Origin: an uncultured Candidatus Rokubacteria bacterium
Lineage (GTDB): Bacteria; Methylomirabilota; Methylomirabilia; Rokubacteriales; CSP1-6
Direction: 5' to 3'
DNA: 64,000 nucleotides
NCBI GenBank assembly: GCA_963747235.1
Contig: CAVVEU010000008.1
Location: forward strand, 448,001-512,000
In this document: in pieces, positions 22,811 to 35,267 of the stretch
Layout: each line of letters starts with the position of its first letter
Position numbering within the stretch: position 1 is the first letter of the stretch
Notes under the pieces: generated by a model
Database searches by the model: none
The model's input: the letters and a program-made list of their open reading frames with translations, nothing else
What the model was told of the DNA's origin: nothing
Position numbers and translations under genes: made by a program

Positions 22811-23735
22811 CGCCGGTCGCCCGAGCAGGTCCAGTTCGCCCCGGAGGACGACGTGCCGATCCGGTACATGGATCGGACGCGTGAGTACTACCAGGCGCTC
22901 GGCTTCGCCCCGTACCGCTGGGCCCACTTCACCGACGCGCCGTTCACGCCGCTCGCCATGCCGCTCGCGCGGGCCCGGGTCGCGCTGATCACGACCGCGG
23001 CGCCCGTTCCAGCCGGAGGCCGGCGACCAGGGGCCGCGCGCGCCGTACAACGCGGCCGCGAAGTTCTACCAGGTGTACTCGGCGCCGGTGGACAGCAAGC
23101 CCGATCTCCGCATCTCGCACGTGGGCTACGATCGGGCGAACACGGTGCCCGAGGACCTCAACGCCTACGTTCCGCTGGCCAGGCTGCAGGACGCGGTCGC
23201 GGCGGGACGGATCGGCAGCCTGACCCCGCGCTTCCATGGCGCGCCGACGAATCGCAGCCACCGGGTGACCATGGAGACCGACGCCCCCGAGCTGCTGCGC
23301 CGCTGCCGGGAGGACGGCGCCGACGCGGTCGTCCTCGTCCCGAGCTGACCGGTCTGCCACCAGACCGTGGGTCTGGCCGCCCGGCACCTGGAGGCGAACG
23401 GCATCCCGACCGTGATCATGGGCTGCGCCAAGGACATCGTGGAGCACTGTGGCGTGCCGCGCTTCGTGTGGAGCGACTTCCCGCTCGGCAACTCGGCCGG
23501 GCGGCCCTTCGACGTGGAGTCCCAGGCGCAGACGCTCGAGCTGGCCTTCCGGCTGCTCGAGACCGCGCCGGTGGCCCGGACCACGGTGGCGTCGCCGCTC
23601 CGCTGGGCCGCGGACGCGGCGTGGAAGCATCGCTTCCTCGACGTCGGGAAGCTCTCGCCGGAGGCCATCGCGGAGCGGCGGAAGGAGTTCGACGTGGTGA
23701 AGGCGGTGGCGAAGGCCAAGCGCGAGGGCGCGTGA
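22807..23735 (+). CDS. PrdB/GrdB-family reductase selenoprotein B; in-frame TGA 23346-23348 read as Sec (indels near 22815 and 23003)
   Basis: PFTPL...RVALITTAA, ISHVGYD, DLNAYVPLARL, DGADAVVLVPS-U-PVCHQT, LEANGIPTV, DFPLGNSAGRP; the ORFs either side of the TGA are in the same frame and both match D-proline reductase PrdB. Confidence 0.85.
23360..23376 (+). promoter_or_regulatory. Candidate bacterial SECIS hairpin of the PrdB-like gene
   Basis: CCAGACC-GTG-GGTCTGG perfect stem starting 11 nt after the UGA, with G in the apical loop. Confidence 0.7.
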
Positions 23736-24925
23736 GCAAGCCGTTCGCGGGCGTCCGCATCCTGGACTTCACCCGCTATCTCGCCGGCCCGTACGGGACC
23801 TACCAGCTCGCCCTCCTGGGCGCCGACGTCATCAAGATCGAGTCGCACGAGGGCGACGAGACGCGCCTCTCGCCCGCCGATCCCAAGTGGGCGGAGCGGA
23901 AGATGGCCCCGTCGTTCCTCTCCATGAACGGCAACAAGCGGTCGATCACGCTCGATCTCCGGCGCAAGGAGGCGATCGAGGTCGTCCGGCGCCTGGTCGT
24001 CGGGGCGGACGTGGTGTGGGAGAACTTCCGGGGCGGGGTGATGGACCGGCTCGGGCTCGGCTACGAGGCCCTGTCCGCGATCAATCCCAAGCTCATCTAC
24101 TGCGGCGTCTCCGGCTTCGGCCGGACCGGGCCGGAGAAGGCCACCGCGGCCTTCGACGGCAAGCTGCAGGCGATGTCCGGGATCATGTCCATCACCGGCG
24201 AGCCCGCCTCGGGCCCCACGCGCGCCGGGTTCGCGCTCTGCGACACCATCGGCGGCATCACCGCGGCGCTCGCGGTGGCGAGCGCGCTCTACCAGCGGAC
24301 GCATACCGGGCGCGGCCAGCTCGTGGACGTGGCGATGCTGGACGCGGCGCTGGCCTTCATCGCGGGGCCGGTGTCGGAGTACACGGTGGCGGGCGTCGAG
24401 CAGAAGCAGATCGGCAACGGCTCGGTGAGCCGCAAGCCCACCGCGAGCCGCTTCCGCTGCGGCAACGGATTCATCGTGCTGGCGGTGCTGACCGAGAAGC
24501 AGTTCGTCGGCCTGATGAAGGCGCTCGGTCGGCCCGACGCGCTGGCCGACCCGCGCTTCAAGGACTGGCCGGCGCGCACCGCCAACGAGCCGGCGCTGCG
24601 CGAGATCATCGAGAAGGCGCTGGCCACCGACGATCCGCGCACGTGGGAGGCACGGCTGACCGCGGCCGACGTGCCCTGCGGCTCGATCTGGAAGGTGGAC
24701 GAGATCGTGGGCCACCCGCAGCTCGAGCACCGCGACGTGCTCCAGACCATCGACTCGCGCTACGGCCCGATGCGGCTCGTGGGCGCGGGCTTCCGTCTCG
24801 AGCACGGCAGCCCGGGGATCGACCGGGAGCCGCCGACGCTCGGCGAGCACACCGACGAGATCCTGGCCGAGGCCGGCTACACCGCGGAGGAGATCGAGCG
24901 GCTCCGGCGCGACGCGGTGGTGTGA
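23732..24925 (+). CDS. CoA transferase family III (CaiB/BaiF)
   Basis: GVRILDFTRYLAGPY, LGADVIKIE, NKRSITLDL, ENFR, LGLGYE, PPTLGEHT. Confidence 0.95.
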   Translation: MSKPFAGVRILDFTRYLAGPYGTYQLALLGADVIKIESHEGDETRLSPADPKWAERKMAPSFLSMNGNKRSITLDLRRKEAIEVVRRLVVGADVVWENFRGGVMDRLGLGYEALSAINPKLIYCGVSGFGRTGPEKATAAFDGKLQAMSGIMSITGEPASGPTRAGFALCDTIGGITAALAVASALYQRTHTGRGQLVDVAMLDAALAFIAGPVSEYTVAGVEQKQIGNGSVSRKPTASRFRCGNGFIVLAVLTEKQFVGLMKALGRPDALADPRFKDWPARTANEPALREIIEKALATDDPRTWEARLTAADVPCGSIWKVDEIVGHPQLEHRDVLQTIDSRYGPMRLVGAGFRLEHGSPGIDREPPTLGEHTDEILAEAGYTAEEIERLRRDAVV

Positions 24926-24938
24926 GGGGGCGCGTCGC

Positions 24939-25985
24939 GTGAGGCTCCCGGTGACGGACGGCGTCGTGAAGACGGACCGGCACACCACGTTCTATCTCGA
25001 TGCCGGCGCCCCCGACGCGCCCCTCATCGTGTTCGTGCACGGCTGGCCCGAGCTCTCGCTCTCCTGGCGGCATCAGCTCCCGTGCTTCGCCGACCTCGGC
25101 TTCCGCGCGATCGCGCCGGACATGCGCGGCTACGGCCGCTCCGGCGTGTATCGACGCCACGAGGACTACGCGCTCGAGCACGCGGTGCGCGACATGCTCG
25201 AGCTGCTCGACGCGCTCGGGCGGGAGAAGGCGGTCTGGGTCGGCCACGACTGGGGCAGCCCGGTGGTCTGGAGCCTGGCGAGCCACCACCCGGAGCGCTG
25301 CTGGGGCGTGGCCAACCTCTGCGTGCCGTATCTCGCGGCCGGGTTCTCCCCGCGCAACCTGATCCCGCTCGTGAATCGCGCGGTCTATCCGGAGGCGCAG
25401 TACCCGGCGGGGCAATGGGACTACATGCTCTTTTACGAGGAGAGCTTCGCGAAGGCCTGTGCCGGCTTCGACGCCGATCCGCGCAACATGGTCAAGGCCT
25501 TGTTCCGGAAGGGGAGCCCGGGCGGCAAGGGCAAGCCGTCCCGCACCGCGCAGACCCGAAAGGACGGCGGCTGGTTCGGCGGCACCGGCCGGGCGCCCGA
25601 CGTGCCGATGGACGCCGACGTGGTGACCGCGGAGGAGCTCGACACGTACGCGGCCGGCCTCGCGCGCAACGGCTTCTTCGGCCCGGACTCCTGGTACATG
25701 AACGCGGAGCGCAACCTGGCTTACGCGACGCGGGCAAAGGACGGCGGCAGGATCAGCCTGCCCGTCCTGTTCCTGCACGGCGAGTACGACTACACGTGCG
25801 AGACCGTCGATTCCCGGCTGGCCGAGCCCATGCGGCGCGACTGCCGGAACCTCACCGAGGTGGTGGTGCCGTCGGGGCACTGGATGGCGCAGGAGAAGCC
25901 GCACGCCGTGAACGCGGCGCTGGCGGGATGGCTGGCCACCGCACTGCCGCAGGTGTGGCCGATCCGGCCCCGCCCGCGAGCCTGA
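24939..25985 (+). CDS. Alpha/beta hydrolase, soluble epoxide hydrolase type
   Basis: VHGWPE, APDMRGYGRS, GHDWGS nucleophile, GHWMAQEKP. Confidence 0.92.
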   Translation: MRLPVTDGVVKTDRHTTFYLDAGAPDAPLIVFVHGWPELSLSWRHQLPCFADLGFRAIAPDMRGYGRSGVYRRHEDYALEHAVRDMLELLDALGREKAVWVGHDWGSPVVWSLASHHPERCWGVANLCVPYLAAGFSPRNLIPLVNRAVYPEAQYPAGQWDYMLFYEESFAKACAGFDADPRNMVKALFRKGSPGGKGKPSRTAQTRKDGGWFGGTGRAPDVPMDADVVTAEELDTYAAGLARNGFFGPDSWYMNAERNLAYATRAKDGGRISLPVLFLHGEYDYTCETVDSRLAEPMRRDCRNLTEVVVPSGHWMAQEKPHAVNAALAGWLATALPQVWPIRPRPRA

Positions 25986-25992
25986 GCCCTCC

Positions 25993-26967
25993 ATGTTACG
26001 CACGCGCATCTGCGAGCTGCTCGGTATCGAGCACCCGATCGTCCTGGGCGGGATGGGAAGCGCCACGTCGCCCGAGCTGGTGGCCGCGGTCTGTTCCGCC
26101 GGTGCCTTCGGGGTGCTGGGCGCGACGCGGCAGAGCCCCGAGGAGGTGGCACGCGACGCCGCGGCGATTCGCGCGGCGACCGGCAAGGGCTTCGGGCTCA
26201 ACCTTCTCCTGTTCCTGGAGCGCCCCGGCCAGTACGACGGCCTCCTGGCCGCGCGGCCCCGGGTCATCTCCACCGCGTGGCCGACGCTCCAGCAGGATTT
26301 GAGCGGCTACGTCGCGCGGGCCCACGCGATCGGCGCCCTGTTCATGCACATGGTCTCGACGGTGGCCGACGCGAAGGCCGCGGCCCGCGCGGGCGTGGAC
26401 GTCATCGTGGCGCAGGGGACCGAGGGCGGCGGCCACGTCGGGGTCATGGGCACGATGCCGCTCGTGCCCATGGTGGTGAGCGCGGTGGCGCCGACGCCGG
26501 TGCTGGCCGCGGGCGGGGTCGCGGACGGGCGCGGCCTGGCCGCCGCGCTGGCCCTGGGCGCCGACGGCGTGCTGCTGGGCACGCGCTTCCTCGCGTCCGA
26601 CGAGGCGCCGATCGCCAAGGGCTTCAAGCAGGCGATCGTGGAGAGCGACGGGCACGACACGCTGGTGACCGAGATCCCGGACGTGGCCAACGGGCAGGTC
26701 TGGCCCGGGGCCTACGTGCGGGTGCGGCGGAATCGGTTCATCGAGGAGTGGGTCGGGCGGGAGAACGAGCTGCGCCTGCGGCGCGTCGAGGTGAGCGCCC
26801 AGCTCCGCGAGGCCGCCAAGGCGGGCGATCCGGACCGGGGCGCGATCATGATCGGCCAGACCGCCGGCCTCATCGACCGGGTCGAGCCGGCCGCCGACCT
26901 GGTCCGGCAGATCAGCCGCGACGCCGAGGCCATCCTGCGCGAGCGCCTGCCGCGCCTGCTCGCCTGA
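25993..26967 (+). CDS. Nitronate monooxygenase / FabK-like flavoprotein
   Basis: LGIEHPIVLGGM, AQGTEGGGH, AAGGVADGRG, LGTRF. Confidence 0.92.
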   Translation: MLRTRICELLGIEHPIVLGGMGSATSPELVAAVCSAGAFGVLGATRQSPEEVARDAAAIRAATGKGFGLNLLLFLERPGQYDGLLAARPRVISTAWPTLQQDLSGYVARAHAIGALFMHMVSTVADAKAAARAGVDVIVAQGTEGGGHVGVMGTMPLVPMVVSAVAPTPVLAAGGVADGRGLAAALALGADGVLLGTRFLASDEAPIAKGFKQAIVESDGHDTLVTEIPDVANGQVWPGAYVRVRRNRFIEEWVGRENELRLRRVEVSAQLREAAKAGDPDRGAIMIGQTAGLIDRVEPAADLVRQISRDAEAILRERLPRLLA

Positions 26968-26974
26968 GGGAGCC

Positions 26975-28632
26975 ATGACCGAGAAGAGACCGGCGACGGC
27001 GTCACGCGGCATGGTGGTCACCAATCACCCGCTCGGCTCGGCGGCGGGGGCCGAGATGCTCGCCGCGGGCGGCAACGCGGTGGACGCGGCCATCGGCGCG
27101 CTCTTCGCGCTCACGGTGGTGGAGCCGATGATGGTGGGCATCTTCGGCGCGGGCATGACGCACCTGCGGCTGGCCGACGGCCGGCACCTCGTCATCGACA
27201 ACTACACCACCGCGCCCGCCGCCTCGCGGCCCGACATGTTCAAGCCGGTCTCCGACACCTGGCCCGACTACCTGCGCGCGGAGGGCGACGTCAACCTGGT
27301 CGGCCTGCTCTCGGTGGGCGTGCCCGGCACGCTCAAGGCGTGGGCGGAGGCGGTGGCGCGCTTCGGCCGTCTCGACCTCGAGACCGTGATGCAGCCCGCG
27401 ATCCGTCACGCCGAGCGCGGCTTCCGCGCCACGCCGTACCTGGTGGCGGCGGTGACCGAGACCGCGCCGGAGATCGCGCGCTTCCCCGACACCGCGCGCA
27501 CCTTCCTGCCCGGCGGCGCGCCCATCAAGGCGGGCGATCTGATCCAGATGCCGGAGTACGCGGCGACCCTGCGCCTGATCGCGGCGAAGGGGCCCGGCGT
27601 GCTCTACGGCGGCGATCTCGGCGCGACGGTGGCCGACTACATGCGCCGGGACGGCGGCATCATCACCCTGGACGACCTGGCGCGCTACGCCACGATCGAG
27701 CGGCAGCCCATCCGCGGTCGCTACCGCGGCTTCGAGATCACGGGCCCTCCGCCGCCGACCGCGGGCGGGCTCCACCTGGTCGAGATGCTCAACATCCTGG
27801 AGGGCTTCGACCCGCGCGGCCTGGGCTTCGGCACCGCGGACTACTTCCACCTGATGGCCGAGGTGCTCAAGATCGGCTTCGCGGACCGCAACGCGTGCAC
27901 CGGCGATCCGGCCTTCGTGGACATCCCGGTCGAGCGCCTGCTCTCGAAGGAGCACGCGGCCATGCGGCGCGCCCAGATCCGCCCGGATCGGGCGGGGGAG
28001 TACGGCGTGACGGCACGCGTGGCGGCCGGCTCCGCGCACACCACGCACGTCACGACCGCGGACGCCGACGGCAACGTGGTCGCGATGACCCAGACCATCA
28101 ACAACCTGTTCGGGTCGAAGGCCACGGTGCCCGGCACCGGCATGCTGCTCAACAACACCATGGCGCTCTTCGACCCGCACCCCGGGACGCCCGCCTCCAT
28201 CGCGCCCGGCAAGCGGGTGACCAGCAGCATGGCGCCGACGATCGTGCTGCGCGACGGCAAGCCCGCGTGGGCGCTCGGGCTGCCGGGCGGCGTGCGCATC
28301 TTCACCTCCGTGTTCCAGGCGGTGGTCAACCTGATCGACCACCGCATGAGCGCTTCAAGAAGCGGTGGAGGCGCCGCGGATCTGGAGCCAGGGCCAGGAG
28401 CTCGAGATGGAGCAGGATATCCCGGCCGCGGTGCGCGACGCGGTCGCCGCGCGCGGCCACGAGGTGGTGGCCGTCGGCGGGCGTGGCGGGCGGGATGAAC
28501 GCGGTGGCCTTCGCCGCCGACGGCACGCTCGAGGGCGCGGCCTGCTGGCGCGCCGACGGCACGCCCATCGGCGTGAGCGGCGGGCTCGCGCGGCCGGGGA
28601 GCCGCTTCCGGCCGGACGTGAAGCGGCCCTAG
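26975..28632 (+). CDS. ggt: Gamma-glutamyltransferase (frameshifts near 28355 and 28480)
   Basis: GGNAVDAAI, SVGVPG, HTTHVTTAD (Thr nucleophile), LLNN, PGKRVTSSMAP, GLPGG. Confidence 0.9.
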
Positions 28633-29388
28633 CGCTTCGCGCCCGCCGCGGCGCGGTCCATCAGGTCCTTCGCGCCGGCCTGGATCCACGGGAAGAAGCT
28701 GGTCATGATGCAGCGCACGCCCTTGCGCGTGTAGCTCTCCACGTTCGCCGAGCTGACCAGGGTGCCCGCGGTGCGCCCCGCCTGCACGATCTTGGCGATC
28801 GCCCCGTCCACCGTCTTCTGGACCTCCGGCTGCGTCATGTTGCCGATGTGGCCCATGGAGGTGGCGAGGTCGTTCGGGGCCACGAAGAAGACGTCGATGT
28901 GGTCCACGGTCAGGATCGCGTCGAGGTTGTTCACCGCCACGATGTCCTCGATCAGGACGATGAGCAGGCTCTGGTCGTTGGCGGTCTTGAGGTAGTCGCC
29001 CACGCCGAAGCCCTGGCGGCTCGTGAACATGCCGCGCTTGCCGAGCGGGGCGAACTTGGCGCCCTCCACCACCGCCTGGGCCTCCGCGCGGGTGTTGACG
29101 TGCGGCACGACGATTCCCTGCGCCCCGCGGTCGAGCGTCCGGTAGATCGTGGCGTAGTCGTTGTCCATCACGCGCACCACGCTGGTCACGTCCCAGAGGT
29201 CGCAGGCGCGGGTGAGGTTGCCCAGGTCGCGCGTAGTCCACGCCGCCGTGCTCGCCCTCGAGCCAGATGCCGTCGGCGCCCAGCGGCCCGAGCTGGTCGA
29301 TCAGGTCCGGATCGTTGGTGCCCGACAGGATGGTCGCCACCTGGCCCGCGGCCAGCCGCTGCTTCACCTTGTTCGCTCGGATGCTCAT
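28629..29388 (-). CDS. HpcH/HpaI aldolase family protein (frameshift near 29232)
   Basis: NKVKQRL, WLEGEHG, LDRGAQGIVVPHV, APLGKRG, LIED, FVAPNDL. Confidence 0.9.
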
Positions 29389-29410
29389 GGGATCGTCCTC
29401 TCGTGTCGGG

Positions 29411-30236
29411 TTAGGGGCGGGGCAGCGCGTCGCCGAGCATGCGGCCGAACACGACCATCTCGGGACTGGTCTTGCGATACGTGTCGAGCGCGGCCAGCAC
29501 CTCCGTGAACTCGGCGGCGGGCGGCATCGCGGGTGCGGCGGGCAGCGACGGCAGGGTGGCGAACACGCGCGGGATCTCGGCATCCACCGCGGCCAGGAGC
29601 CGCTGGCCGGCCGCGCGCGTGGCCGCGTCGTCCAGATGCGGCCGCAGCACCGTCGCCACGTGGGCGAGGAAGGCGGGCCACGACGGCGAGCATCCGGTAG
29701 AGCCCCGGGACGAAGACCTGGCCGGCCACGGTGGTGCCGAGCGTGGCCAGCACCGCGCGCTGGGCGGGCGGCAGCGCGGCGGGATCGGCGAGGGCGGGTA
29801 GCGGGCCGATCGGCGTCGGCGGCGTCCAGGCCGGCGCGCCGTTGCGGGCGCCGGTCGGGCGATCACCGGTCAGGATTCGCCGCAGCAGACCCGACAGCAC
29901 GAGGTTGACCGGGCTCACGCGGACGAAGCTCGCGCAGGTCGCGCGGATCGCCGCCTCGCCGGCCGCGTCCACGCCCCACACCGCGAGCGCGTCGCGCGAG
30001 AGCGGCGCGAGCCGGGGAACCGCGAGGCCGTCGGCGGCGCGCCAGGCCGCGGCCTGCGCGACGCCGCTCGTGAAGGCGGGGCCGAGCGCGGTCCACGTCC
30101 ATTCGAGCCAGCCCGGCCGCGTGGCCAGGTGGCGCTGGAGCGAGGAGACGTACGGCACGCCCCAGAGGCGCCGGATCTGCTCGTAGATGCCGGCGATCTC
30201 GCCGGTGGCATCGCTCTCCCGCAGCTCGGCCAGCAT
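29411..30236 (-). CDS. DehI/AhpD-like two-repeat helical protein (frameshift near 29685)
   Basis: ESDATGEIAGIYEQIRRLWGVPYV...RHLATRPGWLEWTW, with an internal repeat VPGLYRMLA.WPAFL. Confidence 0.5.
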
Positions 30237-30245
30237 CGCGCCGCC

Positions 30246-33162
<2,917 letters not shown>

Positions 33163-33167
33163 TCACG

Positions 33168-33196
33168 TTGACCCGCGGGGGTCGCCCTGATAGCAT
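33168..33196 (+). promoter_or_regulatory. sigma70 promoter for the sensor kinase
   Basis: TTGACC-N17-TAGCAT with extended -10 TG. Confidence 0.65.
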
Positions 33197-33222
33197 GCCG
33201 CCGGGTCGCCGGAGCACGTCGC

Positions 33223-34886
33223 ATGTCCCCTAACGAGAGCGAGAGTCGCGTCGCGTTCACCGATCCGGTCCCGGAGACCAGCCCGGCCTGGCCGAGAAGC
33301 TCCCGCGTCTCCTCCTCGCCTATTCGCCGCTCGGCGGGCTCGTGCGGCGCGTCGCGCGCCTGCGCGTGTCGGTCCACGCCAAGCTCCTCGGCGCGTTTCT
33401 CCTGATCGCCCTGCTGCTGATCGCGATGGGGGCCATGAGCCTCCGGTCGATCGCGAGCGTCGCCCGCCAGAGCCGCCTCCTGGATCAGGCGCGGGAGCGG
33501 GTGGACGCCTCGCGCCAGATCGAGCACGCGCTGGGCGTCCAGATGAGCTTCACGCGCAACGCGCTGCTGCTGCGCGACGACGCCACCATCGAGAGCATGT
33601 TCCGCGAGAACAACCGGTTCTACGACACGTTCAACCGTCTCGAGGCGGGCGCCACGCCGGAGCAGCGCGAGACGATCCAGGGCCTGCGCGGGGCGCAGGA
33701 CCGGGTCATGGCCACGGTGGCCCGCATCGCGGCCCTGATCCGCGACGACAAGGCCGACGAGGCGATGGCGCTGCACCTGAACGAAGGCTATCCGCTCTAC
33801 CGGGAGATCGCGACCCTCGTGACGCGGGCGGTCCGGGCCGAGGAGGCGGGCATGGGCCAGCTCCGGGAGGGCGTCGAGACCACGTATCGCCGGGCCCTGC
33901 TGCTCACCGGCGGTTTCGCGGCCGCGTCTATCGTCCTGGCCCTGGGCCTCGGCTTCGTCATCTCGTGGTCCTTCATCCTCCCGGTCCGCCAGGCGGAGGG
34001 ATTCCTCGGCCAGGTCGCCAAGGGCGACTTCAGCGCCAGCATCGACGTGCCGAACCGCGACGAGTTCGGGGCCCTCGCCCGCCAGATGAACGAGATGAGC
34101 CGCGAGCTGCACGAGCTCTACGACGCCCAGCGGCGGGCCGCGCATCAGCTCCGGGTGCTCAACGCGGAGCTCGAGCAGGCCAGCCGGGCCAAGTCCAACT
34201 TCCTCGCCAGCATGAGCCACGAGCTCCGCACGCCGATGAACGCGATCCTGGGCTTCACCGAGATGATCCGCGACGGGCTGTACGGGGAGATCCCGCCCGA
34301 GATCCAGGAGCCGGTGTCGGACATCCACACCTGCGGCAAGCAGCTCCTCGGCCTGATCAACAACGTGCTCGACCTCTCCAAGATCGAGGCCGGGCACATG
34401 GAGCTGGCCCTGGGGGAATACGTGGTCGAGGACATCGTGAGCACCGTGAAGGGCTCGCTGCGCTCGCTGGCGGCGACCAAGGGGCTGGACCTCGTCACCA
34501 CCGTGTCCCCCGACCTGCCCCTCGCGGTGGGCGACGGCAAGCGGATCACGCAGTGCCTGATGAACCTGGCGGGCAACGCGCTCAAGTTCACGCGCGAGGG
34601 GCGCGTGGAGATCCGCGTGGAGCGCGAGGGCGAGCACCTGCGCTTCGCGGTGGCCGACACCGGGATCGGCATCCCCGCCGATCAGATCGACGGCATCTTC
34701 GAGGAGTTCCGACAGGCGGACGCGACGGTGAGCCGGGATTTCGGGGGGACCGGGCTCGGCCTGTCGATCACCCGGAAGCTGGTCGAGCTGCACGGCGGGC
34801 GGATCTGGGTCGAGAGCCTGCCGGGCAAGGGCTCGACGTTCTTCTTCTCGATCCCGGTGCGGGTGGCGAAGGAGGCGGCCGCGTGA
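33223..34886 (+). CDS. Membrane sensor histidine kinase, four-helix periplasmic sensor + HAMP (5' frameshift; alternative start 33342)
   Basis: Two TM segments; NRDEFGAL; FLASMSHELRTP; NLAGNALKFT; DTGIG; GGTGLGL. Confidence 0.92.
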
Positions 34887-35251
34887 AGACGGTCCTGTAC
34901 GTCGAGGACAACGAGTTCAACCGCAAGATCGTGCGGCACCTGCTCGGCCGCACGTCGTATCGCCTCCTCGAGGCAGGCGACGGGGAGGCGGGCGTGACGA
35001 CCGCGCGCGAGGCGGTCCCGGACCTGATCATCATGGACATCCAGCTCCCGAAGCTCTCCGGGCTCGAGGCCACCCGGCAGCTCCACGCCGACCCGGTGAC
35101 CGCGCCGATTCCCGTCATCGTCATCACCTCGTTCGCGCTGGCCGGGGACGAGGAGAAGGCGCGGGAGGCGGGCGCCGCCGCCTACCTGGCGAAGCCCTAC
35201 AGCCCGCGCGAGCTGCTCCAGATGATCCGGCAGCTCGCCCCGGAGAGCTGA
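34883..35251 (+). CDS. Single-domain response regulator (DivK-like)
   Basis: VLYVEDN, PDLIIMDIQLP, YLAKP; GTGA overlap with the kinase stop. Confidence 0.92.
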   Translation: MKTVLYVEDNEFNRKIVRHLLGRTSYRLLEAGDGEAGVTTAREAVPDLIIMDIQLPKLSGLEATRQLHADPVTAPIPVIVITSFALAGDEEKAREAGAAAYLAKPYSPRELLQMIRQLAPES

Positions 35252-35267
35252 CGTCGCGCGGTCGACC

